Shown here piece by piece: positions 49,896 to 61,018 of a stretch of DNA of 64,000 nt (positions within the stretch are counted from its first letter, which is position 1; every line of letters starts with the position of its first letter). This DNA is from Thermodesulfovibrionales bacterium (GTDB lineage Bacteria > Nitrospirota > Thermodesulfovibrionia > Thermodesulfovibrionales > UBA9159): assembly GCA_050014695.1 (NCBI GenBank), contig JBEKCV010000003.1, forward strand, positions 13,727 to 77,726, read 5' to 3'. Both the position numbers and the translations under genes were made by a program. The notes beneath the pieces were generated by a model that saw nothing but the letters and a program-made list of their open reading frames with translations, ran no database searches and was not told where the DNA came from.

Positions 49896-51137
49896 TTATG
49901 AACCATATATCGGAACTCCGATAAGTCTCTCGCCATCATGCCTCGCAATCCTAACATTGACGGTCTCTCCGAGCACTGCTCTGTCCAGCTGCGTCTCTAC
50001 CTTCAGGTAATTCCCCGTTGTACCGATACATGAACCGTTATCACCGCTCTCTTCTATAAGAGCATCAAGCGTTTTGCCCACCTGCCTTTCCATGAAGGCG
50101 TGTTTTTTCCTTCTGCCAAGCTCCAGGAGCAGTGATGATCGCTTCTTTTTAATGCGGGGATCGATCTGCTCGGGCATGGTTGCGGCCATCGTGCCAGGCC
50201 GTGGCGAAAACGGAAATACATGAAAATATGCAAAAGGAAAGGAATCAAGCAGCTTCCGGGTGTTATCGAACTCTCTTTCTCCTTCGCCAGGAAACCCGAC
50301 AATTACGTCGGTCCCGATATTTATATCAGGGAATTTATTATATATCTGCTCGATGACCGATGAAAACAAACGAGAATCATAGTTTCTGTTCATACGTTTG
50401 AGTATTCCATCATCTCCGCTCTGTAAAGGAATATGAAGATGCCTGCAGATTTTATCGTCCACCAGTCGATCCAGGAGTTCGTCATTGATCTCGGCGATTT
50501 CGAGGGAACTTAATCTGATCCTCTTTATTGGTGTCTGCACCAATGCTTCTATTAACTCTGAAAGGTTTACGCGAGGAATAAGGTCATAACCATAAGTACC
50601 CAAATGAATTCCTGACAGAACAACTTCCCGGTACTGCGAAGACACTTTCCTAACTTGCGTTGTCACCCATTCTATCGTCATACTCCGCGACCGTCCCCTA
50701 GCCTGAGGGATAATGCAATAACTGCATGAATAATTACAGCCGTCCTGAACTTTTAAGAAATATCTCTTTTTCCTGTTGGTGTCATAACAGAAGAGAGTTC
50801 TTTCGCTATCCTTACCTGTGATCTCTTTGATAATATGAGCTTTATTGCAATTCTGAACAAGCACTGCCACCCCGGGCATGGAACGCACGGCGTCTCGGTT
50901 CAATTCCGAATAACAACCGGTAACTATCACTTTAGCGCCGGCTCTGTAAGCCCTTCTTATGAGTTGCCGTGATTGATAGTCGCTTTTCGCAGTGACTGAG
51001 CAGGTATTGATAATGCAAATGTCAGGTTGTTCGGAAATTTCAATGATATTGTGACCTTCGGCCTGTAGCCTCTCTTCCATCATAGAGCTCTCGGTATGAT
51101 TAACCTTGCATCCCAGGGTTAAGACGGATATCTTCAT
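49896..51137 (-). CDS. mtaB: tRNA t6A37 methylthiotransferase
   Basis: TLGCKVN, NTCSVT, LKVQDGCNYSCSYC, LSGIHLG. Confidence 0.93.
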   Translation of the reverse strand: MKISVLTLGCKVNHTESSMMEERLQAEGHNIIEISEQPDICIINTCSVTAKSDYQSRQLIRRAYRAGAKVIVTGCYSELNRDAVRSMPGVAVLVQNCNKAHIIKEITGKDSERTLFCYDTNRKKRYFLKVQDGCNYSCSYCIIPQARGRSRSMTIEWVTTQVRKVSSQYREVVLSGIHLGTYGYDLIPRVNLSELIEALVQTPIKRIRLSSLEIAEINDELLDRLVDDKICRHLHIPLQSGDDGILKRMNRNYDSRLFSSVIEQIYNKFPDINIGTDVIVGFPGEGEREFDNTRKLLDSFPFAYFHVFPFSPRPGTMAATMPEQIDPRIKKKRSSLLLELGRRKKHAFMERQVGKTLDALIEESGDNGSCIGTTGNYLKVETQLDRAVLGETVNVRIARHDGERLIGVPIYGS

Positions 51138-52420
51138 ACCAAGGAGCCCAAAAGGGAATGTTTTCTCGCTTTCACTATTTTGACCTTCATAATTGATGTA
51201 ATGTGAGAGCTGTTTCCCCTGAAGTTGACGATTTTATTGGTTCTTGTTCTCCCTGTCAGCATCGTGCTGTCGTTTTCGCTTATGCCTTCGACAAGTATTT
51301 CCAGGATTGAGTTTTCGAGATTCTTATTTAATTTCAGAGTGATGCCATCCTGGATATCGAGTATCTCTCTAAGTCTTTGCGATTTGATCGCATCACTGTG
51401 ATCATCCATCGAGGCGGCCGCGGTCCTTGGCCTCGTAGAATACTTGAAGGCGAATACGCCATCAAATTCTATCTCTTTTAGCGCCTTCATGGTATCTTTG
51501 TGGTCATCATCCGTCTCTCCAGGAAACCCGACGATTATATCGGTTGTTATGGATAGGTTTTTCATCGCATTCCTCAGCATATCGATCTTTCCACGATAAT
51601 CATCAAAGGAATACCCTCTGTTCATGAGATTCAATACCTTGCTTGAACCTGATTGCAGCGGCACATGGATATGTTCGCATACCTTATCAAACTCAGACAT
51701 CGCCCGTATGAGTTTTTCCGAAAGGTCCCTGGGATGGGATGTCACAAACCGTATCCTTTCGATCCCCGTAACCGAGTTGATTTTGTTCAGGAGACCGGGG
51801 AAATCCGTATCATGGGAATACGAGTTCACGTTCTGTCCGAGAAGCGTTACTTCCTTGAAACCGCTCTGGGCAAGCTGCTCCACCTCTCTCAAGATGTTTT
51901 CCGATGGTCGGCTCCGTTCTCTCCCCCTGGTATAAGGCACAATACAATAGCTGCAAAAATTATTGCACCCATACATGATCGACACCCACGCCCTACCCCC
52001 GGCCTTTCTGAGTACCGGCAACTCACTGTCAGCCATCAGAGGGTTGTCTTCATCGAAGGCGGTATGCGATACCCCTCGAATCAGATCGTTCACTCGGTGT
52101 AGGCTCTGGGGACCGAAGATAAAGTCGACGTGCGGGGCCCTTCTGAAGATCGCATCCTGCTGCTGCTGCGCGATACATCCGGCAACGGCTATTTTCAGGC
52201 GGGGGTTTTTCTTTTTCAGGGATTTTGTCCTTCCCAGTTCGCTGAAAAACTTCTGCTCAGCCTTTTGCCGTATACTACAAGTGTTGAAGATGATCAGGTC
52301 TGCCGTCCCGGGATCATCGGCAGGGACATATCCTTCCTTGCACAGGATTCCAGCGATCTTTTCCGAGTCGTGGACATTCATCTGACAGCCAAACGTTTCT
52401 ATGTAGAATGTTTGAGACAC
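51134..52420 (-). CDS. miaB: tRNA i6A37 methylthiotransferase
   Basis: TFGCQMNVHDSE, GCNNFCSYC, LLGQNVNSY, TRAM domain. Confidence 0.96.
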   Translation of the reverse strand: MSQTFYIETFGCQMNVHDSEKIAGILCKEGYVPADDPGTADLIIFNTCSIRQKAEQKFFSELGRTKSLKKKNPRLKIAVAGCIAQQQQDAIFRRAPHVDFIFGPQSLHRVNDLIRGVSHTAFDEDNPLMADSELPVLRKAGGRAWVSIMYGCNNFCSYCIVPYTRGRERSRPSENILREVEQLAQSGFKEVTLLGQNVNSYSHDTDFPGLLNKINSVTGIERIRFVTSHPRDLSEKLIRAMSEFDKVCEHIHVPLQSGSSKVLNLMNRGYSFDDYRGKIDMLRNAMKNLSITTDIIVGFPGETDDDHKDTMKALKEIEFDGVFAFKYSTRPRTAAASMDDHSDAIKSQRLREILDIQDGITLKLNKNLENSILEILVEGISENDSTMLTGRTRTNKIVNFRGNSSHITSIMKVKIVKARKHSLLGSLV

Positions 52421-52553
52421 CTTATAAAAATACCATCAATGGGCTCTTTCATGCAAGAATACCTGTCCATATCGACGGGAAGCTTTTAGGATTTGAGTCT
52501 TTGCTGCGCTTGACTCACAGAATTAGGAAGCAGTATACTTTAAACCTCAGGCC

Positions 52554-54029
52554 ATGCTAGAAATCAATGAACAAATTGAGCAGCGATATAGAAAGCTTAC
52601 CGAATACAGGGAAGCTGGCATTGAGCCCTTTGTGGGTTCTTTCGAAAGTACCGACCACGCCTTCGGGATCCTGAACAAGTACGCAGAAGTTTCCAAAGAG
52701 CATCTCGAAGCTGACCCTCCATCCTGCACGATCGCCGGCAGGATCGTCGCTATGCGGGATTTTGGAAAGGCTGCTTTTGCCCATATACAGGATTCCTCGG
52801 GCAAGATTCAGGTGTATTTCAGAAAAGATCTCCTCGGAGAAAATTATTTCATTGTAAAAAAACTCGATGTCGGAGATATTGTCGGCATAAAAGGCAATCT
52901 CTTCAGGACAAGAACGCAGGAACTTACCGTGGAGGTGAAAGACCTCAGACTTCTCACCAAGTCACTGAGACCCTTACCCGAAAAATGGCATGGACTTAAG
53001 GACATAGAGACGAGATACCGTCAGCGATACGTTGACTTGATCGTCAACCCTGAAGTCAGGCAGGTATTCGAAAAAAGGCGTGTCGCAATAAAGGCAATCA
53101 GGGATTTTCTCGAGGCCAAAGAATTTGTCGAGGTGGAAACACCCATGATGCACCAGATCCCCGGTGGGGCGACTGCGAAGCCTTTCGTGACACACCATAA
53201 TGCCCTTGATGCAACCTTATATCTCAGAATTGCACCTGAACTCTACCTCAAAAGACTTCTTGTGGGAGGATATGAGCGTGTTTTCGAGATCAATAAGAAT
53301 TTCAGAAATGAAGGCATATCAACGAAACATAATCCGGAATTCACCATGCTGGAATTCTATATCGCTTTTCGGGATTATACCTTCTTACTGGCCTTCACAG
53401 AGGAGATTTTAACGCATGTTGCCGAAAAAGTGACGGGCTCCCTCAAGATTCCCTATGGAGACACGCTGATAGACCTGACGCCGCCGTGGAAACGTATTCC
53501 GATGCTGGAATCCCTGAGGGAAAAGGGAGTTCCTGATGCGGTAATAGCAGACCGCGGCGAGGCGATGAGTTGGGCAAGATCACAGAAGCTGGACATCGCT
53601 GGTGGCGCGTCGCACGCCAAAATCCTGGATGAGGTTTTTAAGGAATTTGTGGAGCCGGGCCTCGTGCAGCCAACCTTTATCATTGATTATCCCGTTGAAC
53701 TATCCCCTCTTGCAAAGAGGAAACGCGATAATCCGGGACTCGTCGAGAGATTCGAACTCTTCATCGCCTCTCGTGAAATCGCGAATGCCTTTTCTGAGCT
53801 CAACGATCCCCAGGATCAGAGAGAAAGATTTGTCGAACAGGCGAAGGCCCGTGAGGAGGGCGATGAAGAGGCACAATGCATGGACGAGGACTTTGTCAGG
53901 GCGCTCGAATACGGTATGCCCCCTGCGGCCGGCGAGGGAATCGGAATCGACAGATTGGTGATGCTGCTCACCGACTCCCAGTCCATACGAGATGTGATAT
54001 TATTCCCTCAATTAAAGCCCGAACAATGA
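52554..54029 (+). CDS. lysS: lysine--tRNA ligase (class II)
   Basis: RYRQRYVDL, RIAPELYLKRL, FRNEG, GIGIDRL. Confidence 0.97.
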   Translation: MLEINEQIEQRYRKLTEYREAGIEPFVGSFESTDHAFGILNKYAEVSKEHLEADPPSCTIAGRIVAMRDFGKAAFAHIQDSSGKIQVYFRKDLLGENYFIVKKLDVGDIVGIKGNLFRTRTQELTVEVKDLRLLTKSLRPLPEKWHGLKDIETRYRQRYVDLIVNPEVRQVFEKRRVAIKAIRDFLEAKEFVEVETPMMHQIPGGATAKPFVTHHNALDATLYLRIAPELYLKRLLVGGYERVFEINKNFRNEGISTKHNPEFTMLEFYIAFRDYTFLLAFTEEILTHVAEKVTGSLKIPYGDTLIDLTPPWKRIPMLESLREKGVPDAVIADRGEAMSWARSQKLDIAGGASHAKILDEVFKEFVEPGLVQPTFIIDYPVELSPLAKRKRDNPGLVERFELFIASREIANAFSELNDPQDQRERFVEQAKAREEGDEEAQCMDEDFVRALEYGMPPAAGEGIGIDRLVMLLTDSQSIRDVILFPQLKPEQ

Positions 54030-55252
54030 CCCCGTTTCCCCTATTCATAGCCATGCGGTATCTGCGGTCCAGAAAAAAACAGAGAGGACTTTCTTTTCAA
54101 ACTGCCATTTCCATCGGCGGAGTGGCCGTCGGAGTGATGGCGCTCATTATTGTCCTGTCTGTGATGAGCGGATTTCACGAGGACCTTCAAAGGAAGATAC
54201 TCGGTGTGAATGCGCATATCGTAGTTCTCGATTACAAGGGAACAATCGATTCCCCCGCAGCTGTTATTGATAAGATAAAAGGGGATAAGGAGGTCGTTTC
54301 TGCCTCACCCTTTGTCCTTGGCCAGGTAATGGTCTCTTCCGGCAGCAAGGGACAGGGTGTGTATCTGCGTGGTGTAGACCCGGCACTGGAGGCAGATACA
54401 ACAGATATTGCACGACACCTCAAAGAGGGTAACCTCAATGACCTGAATAGGGAGGATGGTTTGCCGGGGATTATTCTCGGCAAGGAACTAGCCGACAGGC
54501 TGGGTGTCTTTCAGAACGACGTCGTGACCATTCTCTCGCCTACGGGAGAGATTGGGCCCCTCGGCATGCTCCCGAAGCTAAAAAAATTCAAGCTCGTCGG
54601 GATCTTTGAGGTGGGCATGTTTGAATATGATTCCAACCTCGTACTCGTTTCAATGAAGGCCGCCCAGGATTTTTTCGGGATGGGGCAAGCAGTCACGGGG
54701 ATAGAGGTTAAGATATCGGACATATACAGGGCAACTGACGTACGCGAGAAGATTCAACAGGTTCTCGGATTCCCCTATCTCGTGAAGGACTGGATGCAGA
54801 TGAACAGAAACCTTTTTTCAGCTTTACGCCTTGAAAAATTTGCGATGTTCATCATACTGGTCTTGATTATTTTAGTGGCCTCTTTTAATATCGTGAGCAC
54901 GCTCATTATGAATGTCATCGAGAAACAGAGAGAAATAGCGATTCTCAAGGCCATGGGCGCAACCAACAGGGGGATCATGTCTGTCTTCATGATTCAGGGA
55001 TTTCTTATCGGATTCATTGGAACCTTGATCGGCTTGACGGGTGGATATGCCCTGTCCTACATCCTCAATACATACCAAATCATAAAGCTGCCTGCCGACA
55101 TTTATTATCTTAGCCACCTTCCGGTGAAGGTACACCTCTCCGATTTTATCGCAGTCTCGGTATCCGCGATCGTTATCAGTTTTCTCTCAACCATCTATCC
55201 AGCATGGCAGGCGGCAAGACTGAACCCCGTTGAGCCCCTAAGATATGAATAA
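54026..55252 (+). CDS. lipoprotein-releasing ABC transporter permease (LolC/E)
   Basis: IAMRYLRS, VLSVMSGF, EIAILKAMGA, YPAWQAARLNPVEPLRYE. Confidence 0.93.
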   Translation: MTPFPLFIAMRYLRSRKKQRGLSFQTAISIGGVAVGVMALIIVLSVMSGFHEDLQRKILGVNAHIVVLDYKGTIDSPAAVIDKIKGDKEVVSASPFVLGQVMVSSGSKGQGVYLRGVDPALEADTTDIARHLKEGNLNDLNREDGLPGIILGKELADRLGVFQNDVVTILSPTGEIGPLGMLPKLKKFKLVGIFEVGMFEYDSNLVLVSMKAAQDFFGMGQAVTGIEVKISDIYRATDVREKIQQVLGFPYLVKDWMQMNRNLFSALRLEKFAMFIILVLIILVASFNIVSTLIMNVIEKQREIAILKAMGATNRGIMSVFMIQGFLIGFIGTLIGLTGGYALSYILNTYQIIKLPADIYYLSHLPVKVHLSDFIAVSVSAIVISFLSTIYPAWQAARLNPVEPLRYE

Positions 55253-55511
55253 GCGAGGCTGAGTTCACCCGGAAATGATACAGTGGCAACTCTGTTGCGC
55301 TCTATCCCTCCGAGAAACTGTCGCTCCGAATCCCCTCTTCTTAGACCCCGAATTGAAAAAAAGAAGTTCCTTATAAGCGATGATTGCGAAGAGACTGAAA
55401 AACACGAAAACACGTTACGCTGCCTGTTAGGGCCCGAGCCCCTGACCGGACACTTACCAGGGGGTTGACAACAGTTGACATTTCTATGGCAATATATGCA
55501 AATATATAGCC

Positions 55512-55920
55512 ATGAAATTGAGCGTATGGGCAAGCAGCAGGGTATCGTACAAGGGCGCGTGGCGGATGTGGAAGCTGGGGCAGTTGTCTATGCCTGTGGA
55601 GCAATTGCCGACCGGGACCGTGATGGTGCATCCCTCTGCTTCTGTCACGAAAGGTGGCGCCGTTTCGTACGCGAGGGTATCGAGCGCTGACCAAAAGGCG
55701 CACCTTGACCGGCAGATAGCCCGGCTGAGTGAGTTTGCGGCATCCAGGCATCTCACCGTAACCGACATCGTGAAGGAGATCGGGTCGGGTTTGAACGGGC
55801 ATCGTCGGGCAATGCTCAAGATCTTAAGGAACCCCGCGAGCCGCACCGTGACAGGCTCATGAGGTTTGGTTTTGAGTATGTGGAGGCTGCGCGTTCTGCT
55901 TAGGGCAGAACGCTTACGGT
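55512..55920 (+). mobile_element. IS607-family TnpA pseudogene
   Basis: MKLSVWA..VSYKGAWRMWK HTH, YARVSSADQK, EIGSGLNG, frameshifted DRLMRFGFEY. Confidence 0.85.
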
Positions 55921-56424
55921 GACGGGGAAGCGGAGAGCGACGGAAGGTGAGCAAGCAACCGAAGAAACGACCAGAATACTCAACAAGGAGAGCGACTCAG
56001 TCCGGGGGCTGGATATGTGCACGCGTCGGATCAAAAGTCGAGAACCATCTGCGGCAAACGGCGGGTACCGACGACCTGCGGGAAACCTTCTGTCGATGGT
56101 TTCCCGGCATGAAATCGGAGGAGCAAGCACCGCTAAGGGCAGCGGCATAGAAAGCTCCAGCCCGCAGATTGAATCGCTCTCCGTTTACAGCCTTTCTTTA
56201 AAGAGCTTGACGACATCCAGTCCCGTTGAATCCTTGATCTGTTGCCGGAATATATGATCATAAGGTTGAAAATGCCCACCAAGAGTCAAAAATAACTATT
56301 CTTATATATCGGATAGTTACGGTAGCTCGAAGAAGAAATTTTCGAGAAAAAATGGGCATCGGTATTCTTATATATCAATGAGTTAGGGTGGGTCTGTGAA
56401 ACATTTTATCCCTCTGTTGGTTTC

Positions 56425-56530
56425 GACCCATTATCCGTTGGTCGAGGTTCCCTTCTTCATCTACCTGGGCCATCTCCACCTTGGTTCCTCCGAGATCGAC
56501 ACCAATAGCCCACAACTCTTTTATTGCCAT
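56425..56530 (-). pseudogene. ROK-family (glucokinase) N-terminal fragment
   Basis: MAIKELWAIGVDLGGTKVEMAQVDEEG, then truncated. Confidence 0.7.
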
Positions 56531-56648
56531 AATCTGTCTCCTTTAATTCTGTTGCCTCTTTTAACGCTCGTTCAAAAGTTTCTCTGTTATTGTTCAATTA
56601 AAAGAGTCCAGGGGTCTCTCTAATTGCCATGGCAATCATTGCAATTCC

Positions 56649-57092
56649 TCAGTATGTCTCTGATTCCATTATGCGCTTCAAGTTCCTCAGGTCGTCTCTC
56701 AATGTCACGTCGGTTATGACCTCAAGGATTTTGTCCTCAAGGAATGAGTCATGCTCAGCCGGGGGGTTATAGCGTAGTTCCACAGTAGCCTCGGTGGCAT
56801 CGCCTCCTGCCCTTTCTTCCAGGCTCAAGAATCCGCTGTTTTTCACTCCTGAGTCCGGAATTGAACGCCACCGTATGATCTCGTTTTCCTTGTCCTCCAG
56901 GATTTCCGACTCCCAACTCATATCTCCCACAGGAGTCTTGATGGTCCATCGGTTATGTCCTTCTCCCAAGTCCTCTACGGAGTCAAGATGGTCGATGAAT
57001 TGGGGAAGATTCTCCAGCTTACGCCAGAACTTATAAATATCAGAAACCCTGCGGTTTATAATGATGCTTTCCCTGACGTGTATTTCCGGCAT
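56649..57092 (-). CDS. SRPBCC (cyclase/dehydrase-like) protein
   Basis: ESIIINR..YKFWRKLENLPQF, W.SEI, IRWRS, LRYNPP. Confidence 0.88.
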   Translation of the reverse strand: MPEIHVRESIIINRRVSDIYKFWRKLENLPQFIDHLDSVEDLGEGHNRWTIKTPVGDMSWESEILEDKENEIIRWRSIPDSGVKNSGFLSLEERAGGDATEATVELRYNPPAEHDSFLEDKILEVITDVTLRDDLRNLKRIMESETY

Positions 57093-57922
57093 GTCTTTTT
57101 CCTTTCGTGGGCGCTCTACTCCCCTTCGATCAGTAGGGGCTTGACAGCAAAAGATATTTGCCATTCGATTGTCTCCACAAAAAAATTATAGACAATCCCT
57201 ATTCTCATTACACGAGCTGAGCACCCCTTTCGTTTGCGCGTCCAGCCGGCTAAGGAGGACTTCCGATTGTCATCCATTATGGAAGCTTATCGCAAATTCA
57301 CGTTCTCTTCGCGACTGCATTTCCGCAATGAGATCTTTCGTATGAGATCAGACGAAAGAATTTGTTCTGCGGGAATGCCGGCCGGTCCAAAGTGGGATCA
57401 TTCACAACCAACTGCCGGACTTGTAACTAGAGCTCAATAAGCTTGGTGAAATTCGTTATGTACTGCGAGTTCCGCCAACCCCGAATTTGCCAGCCCGCGT
57501 ACAACAAGCCACCTACCGCCGACAGAACAGGCAAGGCTTGCACTATTTCATGGAGTATCGAGGTGTTCACGGCCTTATGTCACTATGCAAGGAGCTGAGG
57601 ATTTTTGCATCGCGACCAATCAAAACATTCTTCATGCGCAAAGTCACTCTCATCTTCATAATTCCCTCCTCATCCTTTTCCTGTTTTCCGCGACATCTAT
57701 TGCGACTTATAACCCACACAATTATATCACGGAGAGGAGGCGTTTGTTTCAGGAAGCGAAAATTGATTGAAGCCCGGTGGGCACGGACAATAGAACACGA
57801 GTACGGGGCGAAACGCCGGAAGCCACGTACCGGCAGTTTGCTCTCAGTTCCTTCCTGAATTCGACACATGTGATATACTCTCCTGAAGTGGGGATTATTC
57901 ATGGAAACATTTGGTGTTATTT

Positions 57923-58610
57923 TATGAGTATGAAGGCTTCGCACTGGATTTGTCCGGGGTGTCGGGGGGCTAACTATAACTCTCTGCTCAGATGTACTTG
58001 CGACTATAAGACAACTTATGAAACTGAAATTCCAAAAGAGAATATTACTCTCTTCCCCGTCCGTGAAGGCCAAGAGAGAATTACACAAGCCATAGATACT
58101 CCTAAAAAATGTCAAAAGCGAGCATTGGCGCCTTTCCTCCGTTCGGAAGATCTGTCAAGAGAGCCTTGGCCTCTACGATATATCATTTTCGTTATTCCCA
58201 TCTTTTTCATTAATAAATTTACCGCTGCAATTAACCCATACCTTATCAAAGATACTGATGTAGTTCTAAGGTCATGGCTGCCGATGACCTATTTGATGAC
58301 AGTAATGATACTTTATCAGGTAACCATCATAGCTGTTACAGCTATTCTTAAGAAGCGCCATCTCTGCTCACCACCCGCCATGATGAGAGAGCCATTATTT
58401 CTAAAAGAAGTCATGTGGGCCTTCCTTATCGTGCTGCTCGTTGCTGTCGCGACTGCGCCAATTAATGCTGTCGCCGACCTTGTATTTATGGACAAATCGT
58501 CGAGCGGCCCATGGGAGTTTCTCTGTCATCCGCCAGCCAATGCTCTTTTTTCACTTGCCATTCTATTACTTTCCTTTACACTTGTCCCCGTTGCTCAAGA
58601 GTGGCCTGTC
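57923..58610 (+). pseudogene. membrane protein, probably a truncated CPBP/CAAX protease with N-terminal Zn ribbon
   Basis: CPGC..CTC, four TM segments, ends at PVAQE where the EExxxRG motif is expected. Confidence 0.5.
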
Positions 58611-58653
58611 AAGTCTGACCCCATAGGTGCCCCCATCATTAGGAATGAATTCT

Positions 58654-59367
58654 ATGGAAATCAGAAAACTATCTCTTAAACAGGGAGCCAAGCAAGCGCA
58701 GGGAATGGCGGTGATCATAGATGTGTTTCGGGCGTTTAGCTGCGAGCCGTTGATGTTTCATTTGGGCGCTAAAGAAATCATTCTGGAAGCCGACGTGGAT
58801 CGATGCAAAGCCTTGCGTGACTCCAGAGGGGGAATCCTCGTTGGTGAGGTCAATGAGCTTCCCATCCCTGGATTTGACTTGACGAATTCTCCTTACCTCA
58901 TCGTCATGAAAGGGAGAAGATACTTCGAAGGACAGACGGTTATCCACAGAACCACGTCAGGTGTGGCCGGCACCCTGATAGCTGTAAAAACGGCATCGGA
59001 GGTGCTACTCGGATCATTCATGACCGCAAAAGCCATCGGAACTTATATACAGTTACGTCAACCTACGATCGTGAGTCTGGTAGCCATGGGAATTCGCTCT
59101 CAGGTTCAGGCACCAGAGGACGAAGCCTGCAGCGACTATATCGAGAGCTTACTTACTGGAAAACCCTTCGATTGGGTTGATCGTTTCGCGAGGATTATTG
59201 AGCACGAGACAGCTCAGAAGTTTCTCAGAGGAGATCGGACTTATCTTCCCAAGGAGGACGTGGCGTTCTGTATGCAGCGAGATCTCTTTGATTTTGTTTT
59301 GAGAGCGAGCTGTAGGGATGGTCAAGTGTTTGCGGAGCGGGTTGAAGGGGATAATAACGCCTTCTAA
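58654..59367 (+). CDS. 2-phosphosulfolactate phosphatase (ComB) family protein
   Basis: AVIIDVFRAFS, GE, NSP, HRTTSG, EDEAC. Confidence 0.88.
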   Translation: MEIRKLSLKQGAKQAQGMAVIIDVFRAFSCEPLMFHLGAKEIILEADVDRCKALRDSRGGILVGEVNELPIPGFDLTNSPYLIVMKGRRYFEGQTVIHRTTSGVAGTLIAVKTASEVLLGSFMTAKAIGTYIQLRQPTIVSLVAMGIRSQVQAPEDEACSDYIESLLTGKPFDWVDRFARIIEHETAQKFLRGDRTYLPKEDVAFCMQRDLFDFVLRASCRDGQVFAERVEGDNNAF

Positions 59368-59498
59368 TTCTCTTCCCGGTTACAGCTGTTATCGTAGAGA
59401 TAGCTACGCCCAAAGAAAGGGGTCTAACGACAAAACTGCGGTTGTCTTGCGGTGCATATCTTCCTGAACTAGACACCTGTCGAGCATGATATAATCGT

Positions 59499-59620
59499 GG
59501 GCCGCTGGCCGCGCCGCTGCTCGGCGGGGTTGAGGGCGCTGTCGCCGGCGCGGCAGGCGGAGGGCTGCTCGGCGCACTGGTCGGCTGGAGCGTTTCCAAG
59601 AAGCACATTCAAATATTCCA
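59499..59620 (+). pseudogene. Gly-zipper general-stress-protein fragment
   Basis: GPLAAPLLGGVEGAVAGAAGGGLLGALVGWSVSKKHI without a start. Confidence 0.5.
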
Positions 59621-59762
59621 GGCTGACAATTGTTCCATGAAGGCAGATACCAACCTCAGAGGCCGTACGCATTACTTCGGGCAAGGCTTCCCGTAACAAA
59701 GGAGATTCATTCTGATTGCCGGGTGCCGTAACAAAGGGCGAAATAATATTGCAGTTGCGATC

Positions 59763-60340
59763 TCAAAAGGCAACCACCTTGTCGCCTTTTATCTTCTTGT
59801 GCCCATTAAAGCCGATATTGTCGCCACCTTTCTTCGCTGCCGTTGTTGAGCCGTCTCCATGAATGATGCTGGTATCAAGCAGATTCTGCTGATGAAGCTC
59901 CAGTACCGAAGCCAAGAACGCCTCTGTAAAGCATCCTTGCCTCTCCCAGCGACGGAACATTCTGTAAACATTGGAGTAGTGAATCTCCGGGTGACCCTCG
60001 GCAGTTTTCTCAATCGGAAGGGCTTTCCACTGACAGCCCATGTTGAGCAATTTCAAAATGTAGTTGAAGTATTGGAAAGCCAGCAATTTTGGAGCTGCTC
60101 CTCTGCTTCCATTGCACAGATGGGGAAAGACAAATTTCTCGAACTCCTTTTGGGTCAAATGAGTCGGAATCTTCTGAAAGTGCGTGGTTTGTGACATTTT
60201 GCACCCCCAAGGAATGTGAATTTTGTAACATCGAGGTATTTTATCAAAACATCAATAACAACAGTGAGTTATATGGGGAATAGCTGGCGGAAAAAACCCG
60301 TAACCAGTAGCATGTCTGCCGTCATTTCTTAGACACTCTA
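59763..60340 (-). mobile_element. IS5-family transposase remnant with left end
   Basis: GCQWKALP, VYRMFRRW, HGDGS, GFNGHKKIKGDK; truncated; terminal TAGAGTGTCTAAGAAA at 60325-60340. Confidence 0.8.
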
Positions 60341-60474
60341 CTGCCAATATAGTCAAAAACTCAGTACCATAATCCTTTCTTTCAAGATTATTCTTGTTAA
60401 TTCTCATAGTTATATTCCGGCACCTTTTTTGCAGCTAAATTTGCTTTAAACGTGAGAAGCATGATCACAGTGAG

Positions 60475-60587
60475 AGTGCATGGGCAAACGGGACAACCGT
60501 TTCATCATGATACTCGATATCGACAAGGTGTTTTCTTCAGACGAGCTATCGCTTGCTGATGAAATGAAGGGTAGCACACAGAACTGA
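60475..60587 (+). pseudogene. CheW C-terminal fragment
   Basis: MGKRDNRFIMILDIDKVFSSDEL. Confidence 0.65.
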
Positions 60588-60700
60588 AAGGAAGAAACAA
60601 GTTTATAAAGAATATTAAAGAATATATGTACTAGCGGGAAAGACTAAAGCAAGAACCTTAATGTAAGCTTTTATTTTTGTCATTAAATTCAGAAAGGTGG

Positions 60701-61018
60701 ATGCTTGTGATGGAAAAAAAAACAAAAGAAAATTGTTGGGAGTTCAAAAGGTGTGGGCGACAAGTCGGGGGGATTCATATGAAAGATTTGGGAAGATGTC
60801 CGGCGACTTTGGAAGAAAGACTTGACGGAGTCCACGAGGGTGTAAACGCTGGCAGAGCTTGCTGGGTTGTTGCTGGAACTTTATGTAAAGACGAGGTGCA
60901 GGGCACATACGCTCAGAAATTTAAGAATTGCCAAAAATGTGACTTTTATGAGAAAGTACGCGGAGAGCAATACCCGCGTTTTGAGTTTTCATCAACGCTA
61001 CTTTCGAGATTAAAATAA
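60701..61018 (+). CDS. two-CW-domain Cys-rich protein
   Basis: NCWEFKRCGR..CPA..GRACWVVAGTLC..CQKCDFY. Confidence 0.8.
   Translation: MLVMEKKTKENCWEFKRCGRQVGGIHMKDLGRCPATLEERLDGVHEGVNAGRACWVVAGTLCKDEVQGTYAQKFKNCQKCDFYEKVRGEQYPRFEFSSTLLSRLK

Noticed and set aside
59470..59486. Right inverted repeat of the IS5 remnant
   Set aside because: TAGACACCTG does not match the expected TAGAGTGTCT end
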